64,000 nt of DNA from Eledone cirrhosa (lineage: Eukaryota), in contig OZ024742.1 of assembly GCA_964016885.1 (NCBI GenBank), forward strand, positions 164,734,001 through 164,798,000, given 5' to 3'. Below the pieces are notes generated by a model. It saw only the letters and a list, made by a program, of their open reading frames with translations. It ran no database searches and was not told the origin of the DNA. The position numbers and the translations under genes are program-made. Shown one piece after another: positions 39,601-54,600 of this stretch. Numbering within the stretch: position 1 is the first letter of the stretch; the number at the start of each line of letters is the position of its first letter.

Positions 39601-42600
39601 CCCTTGGACAGCTGGAAATTATCTGCCCTTGATTTTGTTTTTACAAATTATCTCCCCCTGATTTTTTTTACAAATTATCTCCACCTGATTTTTTAAAAAA
39701 TTATCTCCCCTTGGACGGCTGGAAATTATCTCCCCTTGATTTTTTTACAAATTATCTCCCCCTGATTTTTTTTACAAATTATCTCCCCCTGATTTTATGT
39801 TACAAATTATCTCCCCCTGATTTTTTTACAAATTATCTCCCCCTGATTTTTTTTACAAATTATCTCCGCCTGATTTTTTTAAATATTATCTTCCCTTGGC
39901 TGGCGGGAAATTATCTCCCCTTGGACGGCTGGAAATTATCTCCCCTTGATTTTTTTTACAAATTATCTCCCCCTGATTTTTTTTTACAAATTATCTCCCC
40001 CTGATTTTTTTTTACAAATTATCTCCCCCTGATTTTTTTTTACAAATCTCCCCCTGATTTTTTTATAAATTATCTCCCCTTGGCTGGCTGGAAATTATCT
40101 CCCCTTGGAGGCTGGAATTTATCTCCCCTTGGACGGCTAGAAATTACCTCTCCTTGGATGGCTGGAAAATATGTCTCCTTGGACGGCTGGATATTATCTA
40201 CCCTTGGACGGCTGGAAATTATCTCCCCTTGGACGGCTGGAAATTATCTCCCCTTGGACGGCTAGATATTACCTCCCATTGGACGGCTGGAAATTATCTC
40301 CCCTTGATTTTTTTTACAAACTATCTCCCCCTGATTTTTTTTTACGAATTATCTCCCCCTGATTTTTTTTTACAAATTATCTCCGCCTGATTTTTTTTTT
40401 AAAATTATCTCCCCTTGAACGGCTGGAAATTATCTCCCCTTGGACGGCTGGAAATTATCTCCCCTTGGACGGCTAGAAATTACCTCTCCTTGGACGGCTG
40501 AAAATTATCTCCCCTTGGACGGCTGCAAATTATCTCCCCTTGATTTTTTTAACAAATTATCTCCCCCTGATTTTTTTTTACAAATTATCTCCCCCTGATT
40601 TTTTTTTACAAATTATCTACGCCTAATTTTTTTTACAAATTATCTCCCCCTGATTTTTTTTTACAAATTATCTCCCCCTGATTTTTTTTACAAATTATCT
40701 CCCCCTGATTTTTTTTACAAATTATCTCCCCCTGATTTTTTTACAAATTATCTCCCCCCTGATTTTTTTTACAATCTCCGCCTGATTTTTTTAAAAATTA
40801 TCTTCCCTTGGCTGGCGGGAAATTATCTCCCCTTGGACGGCTGGAAATTATATCCCCTTGGAAGGATGGAAATTATCTCCCCTTGGACGGCTGGAAATTA
40901 TCTCCCCTTGGACGGCTGGAAATTACCTCCCCTTGGACAGCTGGAAATTATCTGCCCTTGATTTTGTTTTTACAAATTATCTCCCCCTGATTTTTTTTAC
41001 AAATTATCTCCACCTGATTTTTTAAAAAATTATCTCCCCTTGGACGGCTGGAAATTATCTCCCCTTGGACGGCTGGAAATTATCTCCCCTTGATTTTTTT
41101 TACAAATTATCTCCCCCTGATTTTTTTTTACAAATTATCTCCCCCTGATTTTTTTTTACAAATTATCTACCCCTGATTTTTTTTTACAAATTATCTCCCC
41201 CTGATTTTTTTTACAAATTATCTCTCCCTGATTTTTTTTTACAAATTATCTCCCCCTGATTTTTTTTTACAAATTATCTACCCCTGATTTTTTTTTACAA
41301 ATTATCTCCCCCTGATTTTTTTTACAAATTATCTCCCCCTGATTTTTTTTACAAATTATCTCCCCCTGATTTTTTTACAAATTATCTCCCCCCGATTTTT
41401 TTTACAAATTATCTCCGCCTAATTTTTTTAAATATTATCTTCCCTTGGCTGGAGGGAAATTATCTCCCCTTGGACGGCTGAAAATTATCTCCCCTTGGAC
41501 GGCTGGAAATTATCTCCCCTTGATTTTTTTACAAATTATCTCCCCCTGATTATTTTTTACAAATTATCTCCCCCTGATTTTTTTTTACAAATTATCTCCC
41601 TCTGATTTTTTTTACAAATTATCTCCCCTTGGCTGGCTGGAAATTATCTCCCCTTGGAGGCTGGAATTTATCTCCACTTGGACGGTTAGAAATTACCTCT
41701 CCTTGGACTGCTGGAAAATATGTCTCCTTGGACGGCTGGAAATTATCTCCCCTTGGACGGCTGGAAATTATCTCCCCTTGGACGGCTGGAAATTATCTCT
41801 CCTCGGACGACTAGAAATTACCTCTCCTTGGACAGCTGAAAATTATCTCCCCTTGGACGGCTGGAAATTATCTCCCCTTGATTTTTTTTACAAATTATCT
41901 CCCCCCGATTTTTTTTTACAAATTATCTCCCCCTGATTTTTTTTTACAAATTATCTCCCCCTGATTTTTTTTACAAATTATCTCCCCCTGATATTTTTTA
42001 CAAATTATCTCCCCCTGATTTTTTACAAATTATCTCCCCTTGGCTGGCTGGAAATTATCTCCCCTTGGAGGCTGGAATTTATCTCCCCTTGGACGGCTAG
42101 AAATTACCTCGCCTTGGACGGCTGGAAAATATGTCTCCTTGGACGGCTGGAAATTATCTCCCCTTGGACGGCTGGAAATTATCTCCCCTTGGACGGCTGG
42201 AAATTATCTCCCCTTGGACGGCTAGATATTACCTCCCCTTGGACGGCTGGAAATTATCTCCCCTTGATTTTTTTTACAAATTACCTCCCCCTGATTTTTT
42301 TTTACAAATTATCTCCCCCTGATTTTTTTTTACGAATTATCTCCCCCTGATTTTTTTTTACAAATTATCTCCGCCTGATTTTTTTTTTTAAATTATCTCC
42401 CCTTGAACGGCTGGAAATTATCTCCCCTTGGACGGCTGGAAATTATCTCCCCTTGGACGGCTAGAAATTACCTCTCCTTGGACGGCTGAAAATTATCTCC
42501 CCTTGGACGGCTGCAAATTATCTCCCCTTGATTTTTTTAACAAATTATCTCCCCCTGATTTTTTTTTACAAATTATCTCCCCCTGATTTTTTTTTACAAA

Positions 42601-45600
42601 TTATCTACGCCTAATTTTTTTTACAAATTATCTCCCCCTGATTTTTTTTTACAAATTATCTCCCCCTGATTTTTTTTACAAATTATCTCCCCCTGATTTT
42701 TTTTACAAATTATCTCCCCCTGATTTTTTTACAAATTATCTCCCCCCTGATTTTTTTTACAATCTCCGCCTGATTTTTTTAAAAATTATCTTCCCTTGGC
42801 TGGCGGGAAATTATCTCCCCTTGGACGGCTGGAAATTATATCCCCTTGGAAGGATGGAAATTATCTCCCCTTGGACGGCTGGAAATTATCTCCCCTTGGA
42901 CGGCTGGAAATTACCTCCCCTTGGACAGCTGGAAATTATCTGCCCTTGATTTTGTTTTTACAAATTATCTCCCCCTGATTTTTTTTACAAATTATCTCCA
43001 CCTGATTTTTTAAAAAATTATCTCCCCTTGGACGGCTGGAAATTATCTCCCCTTGGACGGCTGGAAATTATCTCCCCTTGATTTTTTTTACAAATTATCT
43101 CCCCCTGATTTTTTTTTACAAATTATCTCCCCCTGATTTTTTTTTACAAATTATCTACCCCTGATTTTTTTTTACAAATTATCTCCCCCTGATTTTTTTT
43201 ACAAATTATCTCTCCCTGATTTTTTTTTACAAATTATCTCCCCCTGATTTTTTTTTACAAATTATCTACCCCTGATTTTTTTTTACAAATTATCTCCCCC
43301 TGATTTTTTTTACAAATTATCTCCCCCTGATTTTTTTTACAAATTATCTCCCCCTGATTTTTTTACAAATTATCTCCCCCCGATTTTTTTTACAAATTAT
43401 CTCCGCCTAATTTTTTTAAATATTATCTTCCCTTGGCTGGCGGGAAATTATCTCCCCTTGGACGGCTGAAAATTATCTCCCCTTGGACGGCTGGAAATTA
43501 TCTCCCCTTGATTTTTTTACAAATTATCTCCCCCTGATTATTTTTTACAAATTATCTCCCCCTGATTTTTTTTTACAAATTATCTCCCTCTGATTTTTTT
43601 TACAAATTATCTCCCCTTGGCTGGCTGGAAATTATCTCCCCTTGGAGGCTGGAATTTATCTCCACTTGGACGGTTAGAAATTACCTCTCCTTGGACTGCT
43701 GGAAAATATGTCTCCTTGGACGGCTGGAAATTATCTCCCCTTGGACGGCTGGAAATTATCTCCCCTTGGACGGCTGGAAATTATCTCTCCTCGGACGACT
43801 AGAAATTACCTCTCCTTGGACAGCTGAAAATTATCTCCCCTTGGACGGCTGGAAATTATCTCCCCTTGATTTTTTTTACAAATTATCTCCCCCCGATTTT
43901 TTTTTACAAATTATCTCCCCCTGATTTTTTTTTACAAATTATCTCCCCCTGATTTTTTTTACAAATTATCTCCCCCTGATATTTTTTACAAATTATCTCC
44001 CCCTGATTTTTTTACAAATTATCTCCCCTTGGCTGGCTGGAAATTATCTCCCCTTGGAGGCTGGAATTTATCTCCCCTTGGACGGCTAGAAATTACCTCG
44101 CCTTGGACGGCTGGAAAATATGTCTCCTTGGACGGCTGGAAATTATCTCCCCTTGGACGGCTGGAAATTATCTCCCCTTGGACGGCTGGAAATTATCTCC
44201 CCTTGGACGGCTAGATATTACCTCCCCTTGGACGGCTGGAAATTATCTCCCCTTGATTTTTTTTACAAATTACCTCCCCCTGATTTTTTTTTACAAATTA
44301 TCTCCCCCTGATTTTTTTTTACGAATTATCTCCCCCTGATTTTTTTTTACAAATTATCTCCGCCTGATTTTTTTTTTAAAATTATCTCCCCTTGAACGGC
44401 TGGAAATTATCTCCCCTTGGACGGCTGGAAATTATCTCCCCTTGGACGGCTAGAAATTACCTCTCCTTGGACGGCTGAAAATTATCTCCCCTTGGACGGC
44501 TGCAAATTATCTCCCCTTGATTTTTTAACAAATTATCTCCCCCTGATTTTTTTTTACAAATTATCTCCCCCTGATTTTTTTTTACAAATTATCTACGCCT
44601 AATTTTTTTTACAAATTATCTCCCCCTGATTTTTTTTTACAAATTATCTCCCCCTGATTTTTTTTACAAATTATCTCCCCCTGATTTTTTTTTACAAATT
44701 ATTTCCCCCTGATTTTTTTACAAATTATCTCCCCCCTGATTTTTTTTACAATCTCCGCCTGATTTTTTTAAAAATTATCTTGCCTTGGCTGGCGGGAAAT
44801 TATCTCCCCTTGGACGGCTGGAAATTATATCCCCTTGGACGGCTGGAAATTACCTCCCCTTGGACAGCTGGAAATTATCTGCCCTTGATTTTGTTTTTAC
44901 AAATTATCTCCCCCTGATTTTTTTTACAAATTATCTCCACCTGATTTTTTAAAAAATTATCTCCCCTTGGACGGCTGGAAATTATCTCCCCTTGATTTTT
45001 TTACAAATTATCTCCCCCTGATTTTTTTTACAAATTATCTCCCCCTGATTTTTTTTTACAAATTATCTCCCCCTGATTTTTTTACAAATTATCTCCCCCT
45101 GATTTTTTTTACAAATTATCTCCGCCTGATTTTTTTAAATATTATCTTCCCTTGGCTGGCGGGAAATTATCTCCCCTTGGACGGCTGAAAATTATCTCCC
45201 CTTGGACGGCTGGAAATTATCTCCCCTTGATTTTTTTTACAAATTATCTCCCCCTGATTTTTTTTTACAAATTATCTCCCCCTGATTTTTTTTTACAAAT
45301 TATCTCCCCCTGATTTTTTTTTACAAATTATCTGCCCCTGATTTTTTTTACAAATTATCTCCCCCTGATTTTTTTACAAATTATCTCCCCTTGGCTGGCT
45401 GGAAATTATCTCCCCTTGGACACTGTAAATTATAGCCCCTTGGAGGGCTGGAAATTATCTTACCTTGGACGGCTGGAAATTATCTCTGCTTGATTTTTTT
45501 TACAAATTATCTCCCCCTGATTTTTTTTTACAAATTATCCCCCCCGATTTTTTTTACAAATTATCTCCCCCTGATTTTTTTTACAAATTATCTCCCCTTG

Positions 45601-48600
45601 GACGGCTGGAAATTATCTCCCCTTGGACGGCTGGAAATTATCTCTCCTTGGACGGCTAGAAATTACCTCTCCTTGGACGACTGAAAATTATCTCCCCTTG
45701 GACGGCTGCAAATTATCTCCCCTTGATTTCTTTTACAAATTATCTCCGCCTGATTTTTTTTTTTAAATTATCTCCCCTTGGACGGCTGGAAATTACCTCC
45801 CCTTGGACGGCTGGAAATTATCTCCCCTTGGACGGCTAGAAATTACCTCTCATTGGACGGCTGAAAATTATCTCCCCTTGGACGGCTGGAAATTATCTCC
45901 CCTTGATTTTTTTTACAAATTATCTCCCCCTGATTTTTTTTTTACAAATTATCTCCGCCTGATTTTTTTTTAAAATTATCTCTCCTTGGACGGCTGGATA
46001 TTATCTCCCCTTTCATTTTTTTTACAAATTATCTCCCCCTGATTTTTTTTTACAAATTATCTCCCCCTGATTTTTTTTTACAAATTATCTACCCCTAATT
46101 TTTTTTTACAAATTATCTCCCCCTGATTTTTTTTACAAATTATCTCCCCCTGATTTTTTTTTTACAAATTATCTCCCCCTGATTTTTTTACAAATTATCT
46201 CCCCCTGATTTTTTTTACAAATTATCTCCGCCTGATTTTTTTAAATATTATCTTCTCTTGGCTGGCGGGAAATTATCTCCCCTTGGAGGGCTGAAAATTA
46301 TCTCCCCTTGGACGGCTGGAAATTATCTCCCCTTGATTTTTTTTACAAATTATCTCCCCCTGATTTTTTTTTACAAATTATCTCCCCCTGATTTTTTTTA
46401 CAAATTATCTCCCCCTGATTTTTTTTTACAAATTATCTCCCCCTGATTTTTTTTTACAAATTATCTACCCCTGATTTTTTTTTACAAATTATCTCCCCCT
46501 GATTTTTTTTACAAATTATCTCTCCCTGATTTTTTTTTACAAATTATCTCCCCCTGATTTTTTTTTACAAATTATCTACCCCTGATTTTTTTTTTACAAA
46601 TTATCTCCCCCTGATTTTTTTTACAAATTATTTCCCCCTGATTTTTTTTACAAATTATCTCCCCCTGATTTTTTTACAAATTATCTCCCCCCGATTTTTT
46701 TTACAAATTATCTCCGCCTAATTTTTTTAAATATTATCTTCCCTTGGCTGGCGGGAAATTATCTCCCCTTGGACGGCTGAAAATTATCTCCCCTTGGACG
46801 GCTGGAAATTATCTCCCCTTGATTTTTTTACAAATTATCTCCCCTTGATTATTTTTTACAAATTATCTCCCCCTGATTTTTTTTTACAAATTATCTCCCT
46901 CTGATTTTTTTTACAAATTATCTCCCCTTGGCTGGCTGGAAATTATCTCCCCTTGGAGGCTGGAATTTATCTCCCCTTGGACGGTTAGAAATTACCTCTC
47001 CTTGGACTGCTGGAAAATATGTCTCCTTGGACGGCTGGAAATTATCTCCCCTGGGACGGCTGGAAATTATCTCCCCTTGGACGGCTGGAAATTATCTCTC
47101 CTCGGACGACTAGAAATTACCTCTCCTTGGACAGCTGAAAATTATCTCCCCTTGGACGGCTGGAAATTATCTCCCCTTGATTTTTTTTACAAATTATCTC
47201 CCTCTGATTTTTTTTTACAAATTATCTCCCCCTGATTTTATTTTACAAATTATCTCCCCCTGATTTTTTTTACAAATTATCTGCCCCTGATATTTTTTAC
47301 AAATTATATCCCCCTGATTTTTTTACAAATTATCTCCCCTTGGCTGGCTGGAAATTATCTCCCCTTGGAGGCTGGAATTTATCTCCCCTTGGACGGCTAG
47401 AAATTACCTCGCCTTGGACGGCTGGAAAATATGTCTCCTTGGACGGCTGGAAATTATCTCCCCTTGGACGGCTGGAAATTATCTCCCCTTGGACGGCTAG
47501 ATATTACCTCCCCTTGGACGGCTGGAAATTATCTCCCCTTGATTTTTTTTACAAATTATCTCCCCCTGATTTTTTTTTACAAATTATCTCCCCCTGATTT
47601 TTTTTACAAATTATCTCCCCCTGATTTTTTTACAAATTATCTCCCCCCGATTTTTTTTACAAATTATATCCGCCTAATTTTTTTAAATATTATCTTCCCT
47701 TGGCTGGCGGGAAATTATCTCCCCTTGGACGGCTGAAAATTATCTCCCCTTGGACGGCTGGAAATTATCTCCCCTTGATTTTTTTACAAATTATCTCCCC
47801 CTGATTTTTTTTACAAATTATCTCCCCCTGATATTTTTTACAAATTATCTCCCCCTGATTTTTTTACAAATTATCTCCCCTTGGCTGGCTGGAAATTATC
47901 TCCCCTTGGAGGCTGGAATTTATCTCCCCTTGGATGGCTAGAAATTACCTCCCCTTGGACGGCTGGAAATTATCTCCCCTTGGACGGCTAGATATTACCT
48001 CCCCTTGGACGGCTGGAAATTATCTCCCCTTGATTTTTTTTACAATTTATCTCCCCCTGATTTTTTTTTACAAATTATCTCCCCCTGATTTTTTTTACAA
48101 ATTATCTCCCAATGATTTTTTTACAAATTATCTCCCCTTGGCTGGCTGGAAATTATCTCCCCTTGGAGGCTGGAATTTATCTCCCCTTGGACGGCTAGAA
48201 ATTACCTCTCCTTGGACGGCTGGAAAATATGTCTCCTTGGACGGCTGGATATTATCTACCCTTGGACGGCTGGAAATTATCTCCCCTTGGACGGCTGGAA
48301 ATTATCTCCCCTTGGACGGCTAGATATTACCTCCCCTTGGACGGCTGGAAATTATCTCCCCTTGATTTTTTTACAAATTATCTCCCCCTGATTTTTTTTA
48401 CAAATTATCTCCGCCTAATTTTTTTAAATATTATCTTCCCTTGGCTGGCGGGAAATTATCTCCCCTTGGACGGCTGAAAATTATCTCCCCTTGGACGGCT
48501 GGAAATTATCTCCCCTTGATTTTTTTTACAAATTATCTCCCCCTGATTTTTTTTTACAAATTATCTCCCCCTGATTTTTTTTACAAATTATCTCCCCCTG

Positions 48601-51600
48601 ATTTTTTTACAAATTATCTCCCCTTGGCTGGCTGGAAATTATCTCCCCTTGGAGGCTGGAATTTATCTCCCCTTGGTCGGCTAGAAATTACCTCTCCTTG
48701 GACGGCTGGAAAATATGTCCTTGGACGGCTGGATATTATCTACCCTTGGACGGCTGGAAATAATCTCCCCTTGGACGGCTGGAAATTATCTCCCCTTGGA
48801 CGGCTAGATATTACCTCCCCTTGGACGGCTGGAAATTATCTCCCCTTGATTTTTTTTACAATTTATCTCCCCCTGATTTTTTTTTACAAATTATCTCCCC
48901 CTGATTTTTTTTACGAATTATCTCCCCCTGATTTTTTTTTACAAATTATCTCCGCCTGATTTTTTTTTTAAAATTATCTCCCCTTGAACGGCTGGAAATT
49001 ATCTCCCCTTGGACGGCTGGAAATTATCTCCCCTTGGACGGCTAGAAATTACCTCTCCTTGGACGGCTGAAAATTATCTCCCCTTGGACGGCTGGAAATT
49101 ATCTCCCCTTGATTTTTTAACAAATTATCTCCCCCTGATTTTTTTTTACAAATTATCTCCCCCTGATTTTTTTTTACAAATTATCTCCCCCTGATTTTTT
49201 TTACAAATTATCTCCCCCTGATTTTTTTTTACAAATTATTTCCCCCTGATTTTTTTACAAATTATCTCCCCCCTGATTTTTTTTACAATCTCCGCCTGAT
49301 TTTTTTAAAAATTATCTTCCCTTGGCTGGCGGGAAATTATCTCCCCTTGGACGGCTGGAAATTATATCCCCTTGGAAGGATGGAAATTATCTCCCCTTGG
49401 ACGGCTGGAAATTATCTCCCCTTGGACGGCTGGAAATTATCTCCCCTTGGACAGCTGGAAATTATCTGCCCTTGATTTTGTTTTTACAAATTATCTCCCC
49501 CTGATTTTTTTTACAAATTATCTCCACCTGATTTTTAAAAAAATTATCTCCCCTTGGACGGCTGGAAATTATCTCCCCTTGATTTTTTTACAAATTATCT
49601 CCCCTTGATTTTTTTTACAAATTATCTCCCCCTGATTTTTTTTTACAAATTATCTCCCCCTGATTTTTTTACAAATTATCTCCCCCTGATTTTTTTTACA
49701 AATTATCTCCGCCTGATTTTTTTAAATATTATCTTCCCTTGGCTGGCGGGAAATTATCTCCCCTTGGACGGCTGAAAATTATCTCCCCTTGGACGGCTGG
49801 AAATTATCTCCCCTTGATTTTTTTTACAAATTATCTCCCCCTGATTTTTTTTTACAAATTATCTCCCCCTGATTTTTTTTTACAAATTATCTCCCCCTGA
49901 TTTTTTTTTACAAATTATCTCACCCTGATTTTTTTTACAAATTATCTCCCTCTGATTTTTTTACAAATTATCTCCCCTTGGCTGGCTGGAAATTATCTCC
50001 CCTTGGAGGCTGGAATTTATCTCCCCTTGGACGGCTAGAAATTACCTCTCCTTGGACGGCTGGAAAATATGTCTCCTTGGACGGCTGGATATTATCTACC
50101 CTTGGACGGCTGGAAATTATCTCCCCTTGGACGGCTGGAAATTATCTCCCCTTGGACGGCTAGATATTACCTCCCCTTGGACGGCTGGAAATTATCTCCC
50201 CTTGATTTTTTTACAAATTATCTCCCCCTGATTTTTTTACAAATTATCTCCCCCTGATTTTTTTTACAAATTATCTCCGCCTAATTTTTTTAAATATTAT
50301 CTTCCCTTGGCTGGCGGGAAATTATCTCCCCTTGGACGGCTGAAAATTATCTCCCCTTGGACGGCTGGAAATTATCTCCCCTTGATTTTTTTTACAAATT
50401 ATCTCCCCCTGATTTTTTTTACAAATTATCTCCCCCTGATTTTTTTTACAAATTATCTCCCCCTGATTTTTTTTTACAAATTATTTCCCCCTGATTTTTT
50501 TACAAATTATCTCCCCCCTGATTTTTTTTACAATCTCCGCCTGATTTTTTTAAAAATTATCTTCCCTTGGCTGGCGGGAAATTATCTCCCCTTGGACGGC
50601 TGGAAATTATATCCCCTTGGAAGGATGGAAATTATCTCCCCTTGGACGGCTGGAAATTATCTCCCCTTGGACGGCTGGAAATTATCTCCCCTTGGACAGC
50701 TGGAAATTATCTGCCCTTGATTTTGTTTTTACAAATTATCTCCCCCTGATTTTTTTTACAAATTATCTCCACCTGATTTTAAAAAAAATTATCTCCCCTT
50801 GGACGGCTGGAAATTATCTCCCCTTGATTTTTTTACAAATTATCTCCCCTTGATTTTTTTTACAAATTATCTCCCCCTGATTTTTTTTTACAAATTATCT
50901 CCCCCTGATTTTTTTACAAATTATCTCCCCCTGATTTTTTTTACAAATTATCTCCGCCTGATTTTTTTAAATATTATCTTCCCTTGGCTGGCGGGAAATT
51001 ATCTCCCCTTGGACGGCTGAAAATTATCTCCCCTTGGACGGCTGGAATTTATCTCCCCTTGGACGGCTAGAAATTACCTCTCCTTGGACGGCTGGAAAAT
51101 ATGTCTCCTTGGACGGCTGGATATTATCTACCCTTGGACGGCTGGAAATTATCTCCCCTTGGACGGCTGGAAATTATCTCCCCTTGGACGGCTAGATATT
51201 ACCTCCCCTTGGACGGCTGGAAATTATCTCCCCTTGATTTTTTTACAAATTATCTCCCCCTGATTTTTTTACAAATTATCTCCCCCTGATTTTTTTTACA
51301 AATTATCTCCGCCTAATTTTTTTAAATATTATCTTCCCTTGGCTGGCGGGAAATTATCTCCCATTGGACGGCTGAAAATTATCTCCCCTTGGACGGCTGG
51401 AAATTATCTCCCCTTGATTTTTTTTACAAATTATCTCCCCCTGATTTTTTTTTACAAATTATCTCCCCCTGATTTTTTTTACAAATTATCTCCCCCTGAT
51501 TTTTTTACAAATTATCTCCCCTTGGCTGGCTGGAAATTATCTCCCCTTGGAGGCTGGAATTTATCTCCCCTTGGACGGCTAGAAATTACCTCTCCTTGGA

Positions 51601-54600
51601 CGGCTGGAAAATATGTCCTTGGACGGCTGGATATTATCTACCCTTGGACGGCTGGAAATTATCTCCCCTTGGACGGCTGGAAATTATCTCCCCTTGGACG
51701 GCTAGATATTACCTCCCCTTGGACGGCTGGAAATTATCTCCCCTTGAATTTTTTTACAAATTATCTCCCCCTGATTTTTTTTTACAAATTATCTCCCCCT
51801 GATTTTTTTTTACAAATTATCTACCCCTGATTTTTTTTTACAAATTATCTCCCCCTGATTTTTTTTACAAATTATCTCCCCCTGATTTTTTTTTACAAAT
51901 TATCTCCCCCTGATTTTTTTTTACAAATTATCTACCCCTGATTTTTTTTACAAATTATCTCCCCCTGATTTTTTTTACAAATTATCTCCCCCTGATTTTT
52001 TTTACAAATTATCTTCGCCTAATTTTTTTAAATATTATCTTCCCTTGGCTGGCGGGAAATTATCTCCCCTTGGACGGCTGAAAATTATCTCTCCTTGGAC
52101 GGCTGGAAATTATCTCCCCTTGATTTTTTTTACAAATTATCTCCCCCTGATTATTTTTTACAAATTATCTCCCCCTGATTTTTTTTTACAAATTATCTCC
52201 CCCTGATTTTTTTTACAAATTATCTCCCCCTGATTTTTTTACAAATTATCTCCCCTTGGCTGGCTGGAAATTATCTCCCCTTGGAGGCTGGAATTTATCT
52301 CCCCTTGGACGGTTAGAAATTACCTCTCCTTGGACGGCTGGAAAATATGTCTCCTTGGACGGCTGGAAATTATCGCCCCTTGGACGGCTGGAAATTATCT
52401 CCCCTTGGACGGCTGGAAATTATCTCTCCTCGGACGGCTAGAAATTACCTCTCTTTGGACAGCTGAAAATTATCTCCCCTTGGACGGCTGGAAATTATCT
52501 CCCCTTGATTTTTTTACAAATTATCTCCCCCTGATTTTTTTTTACAAATTATCTCCCCCTGATTTTTTTTTACAAATTATCTCCCCCTGATTTTTTTTTA
52601 CAAATTATCTCCCCCTGATTTTTTTACAAATTATCTCCCCTTGGCTGGCTGGAAATTATCTCCCCTTGGAGGCTGGAATTTATCTCCCCTTGGACGGCTA
52701 GAAATTACCTCTCCTTGGACGGCTGGAAAATATGTCTCCTTGGACGGCTGGATATTATCTACCCTTGGACGGCTGGAAATTATCTCCCCTTGGACGGCTG
52801 GAAATTATCTCCCCTTGGACGGCTAGATATTACCTCCCCTTGGACGGCTGGAAATTATCTCCCCTTGATTTTTTTACAAATTATCTCCCCCTGATTTTTT
52901 TACAAATTATCTCCCCCTGATTTTTTTTACAAATTATCTCCGCCTAATTTTTTTAAATATTATCTTCCCTTGGCTGGCGGGAAATTATCTCCCCTTGGAC
53001 GGCTGAAAATTATCTCCCCTTGGACGGCTGGAAATTATCTCCCCTTGATTTTTTTTACAAATTATCTCCCCCTGATTTTTTTTTACAAATTATCTCCCCC
53101 TGATTTTTTTTACAAATTATCTCCCCCTGATTTTTTTACAAATTATCTCCCCTTGGCTGGCTGGAAATTATCTCCCCTTGGAGGCTGGAATTTATCTCCC
53201 CTTGGACGGCTAGAAATTACCTCTCCTTGGACGGCTGGAAAATATGTCCTTGGACGGCTGGATATTATCTACCCTTGGACGGCTGGAAATTATCTCCCCT
53301 TGGACGGCTGGAAATTATCTCCCCTTGGACGGCTAGATATTACCTCCCCTTGGACGGCTGGAAATTATCTCCCCTTGATTTTTTTTACAAATTATCTCCC
53401 CCTGATTTTTTTTTACAAATTATCTCCCCCTGATTTTTTTTTACAAATTATCTACCCCTGATTTTTTTTTACAAATTATCTCCCCCTGATTTTTTTTACA
53501 AATTATCTCCCCCTGATTTTTTTTTACAAATTATCTCCCCCTGATTTTTTTTTACAAATTATCTACCCCTGATTTTTTTTACAAATTATCTCCCCCTGAT
53601 TTTTTTTACAAATTATCTCCCCCTGATTTTGTTTACAAATTATCTCCCCCTGATTTTTTTACAAATTATCTCCCCCTGATTTTTTTTACAAATTATCTCC
53701 GCCTAATTTTTTTAAATATTATCTTCCCTTGGCTGGCGGGAAATTATCTCCCCTTGGACGGCTGAAAATTATCTCTCCTTGGACGGCTGGAAATTATCTC
53801 CCCTTCATTTTTTTTACAAATTATCTCCCCCTGATTATTTTTTACAAATTATCTCCCCCTGATTTTTTTTTACAAATTATCTCCCCCTGATTTTTTTTAC
53901 AAATTATCTCCCCCTGATTTTTTTACAAATTATCTCCCCTTGGCTGGCTGGAAATTATCTCCCCTTGGAGGCTGGAATTTATCTCCCCTTGGACGGTTAG
54001 AAATTACCTCTCCTTGGACGGCTGGAAAATATGTCTCCTTGGACGGCTGGAAATTATCGCCCCTTGGACGGCTGGAAATTATCTCCCCTTGGACGGCTGG
54101 AAATTATCTCCCCTTGATTTTTTTTACAAATTATCTCCCCCTGATTTTTTTTTACAAATTATCTCCCCCTGATTTTTTTTTACAAATTATCTCCCTCTGA
54201 TTTTTTTTTACAAATTATCTCCCCCTGATATTTTTACAAATTATCTCCCCCTGATTTTTTTACAAATTATCTCCCCTTGGCTGGCTGGAAATTATCTCCC
54301 CTTGGAGGCTGGAATTTATCTCCCCTTAGACGGCTAGAAATTACCTCGCCTTGGACGGCTGGCAAATATGTCTCCTTGGACGGCTGGAAATTATCTCCCC
54401 TTGGACGGCTGGAAATTATCTCCCCTTGGACGGCTGGAAATTATCTCCCCTTGGACGGCTAGATATTACCTCCCCTTGGACGGCTGGAAATTATCTCCCC
54501 TTGGACGGCTAGATATTACCTCCCCTTGGACGGCTGGAAATTATCTCCCCTTGATTTTTTTTACAAATTATCTCCCCCTGATTTTTTTAAAAAAATTATC

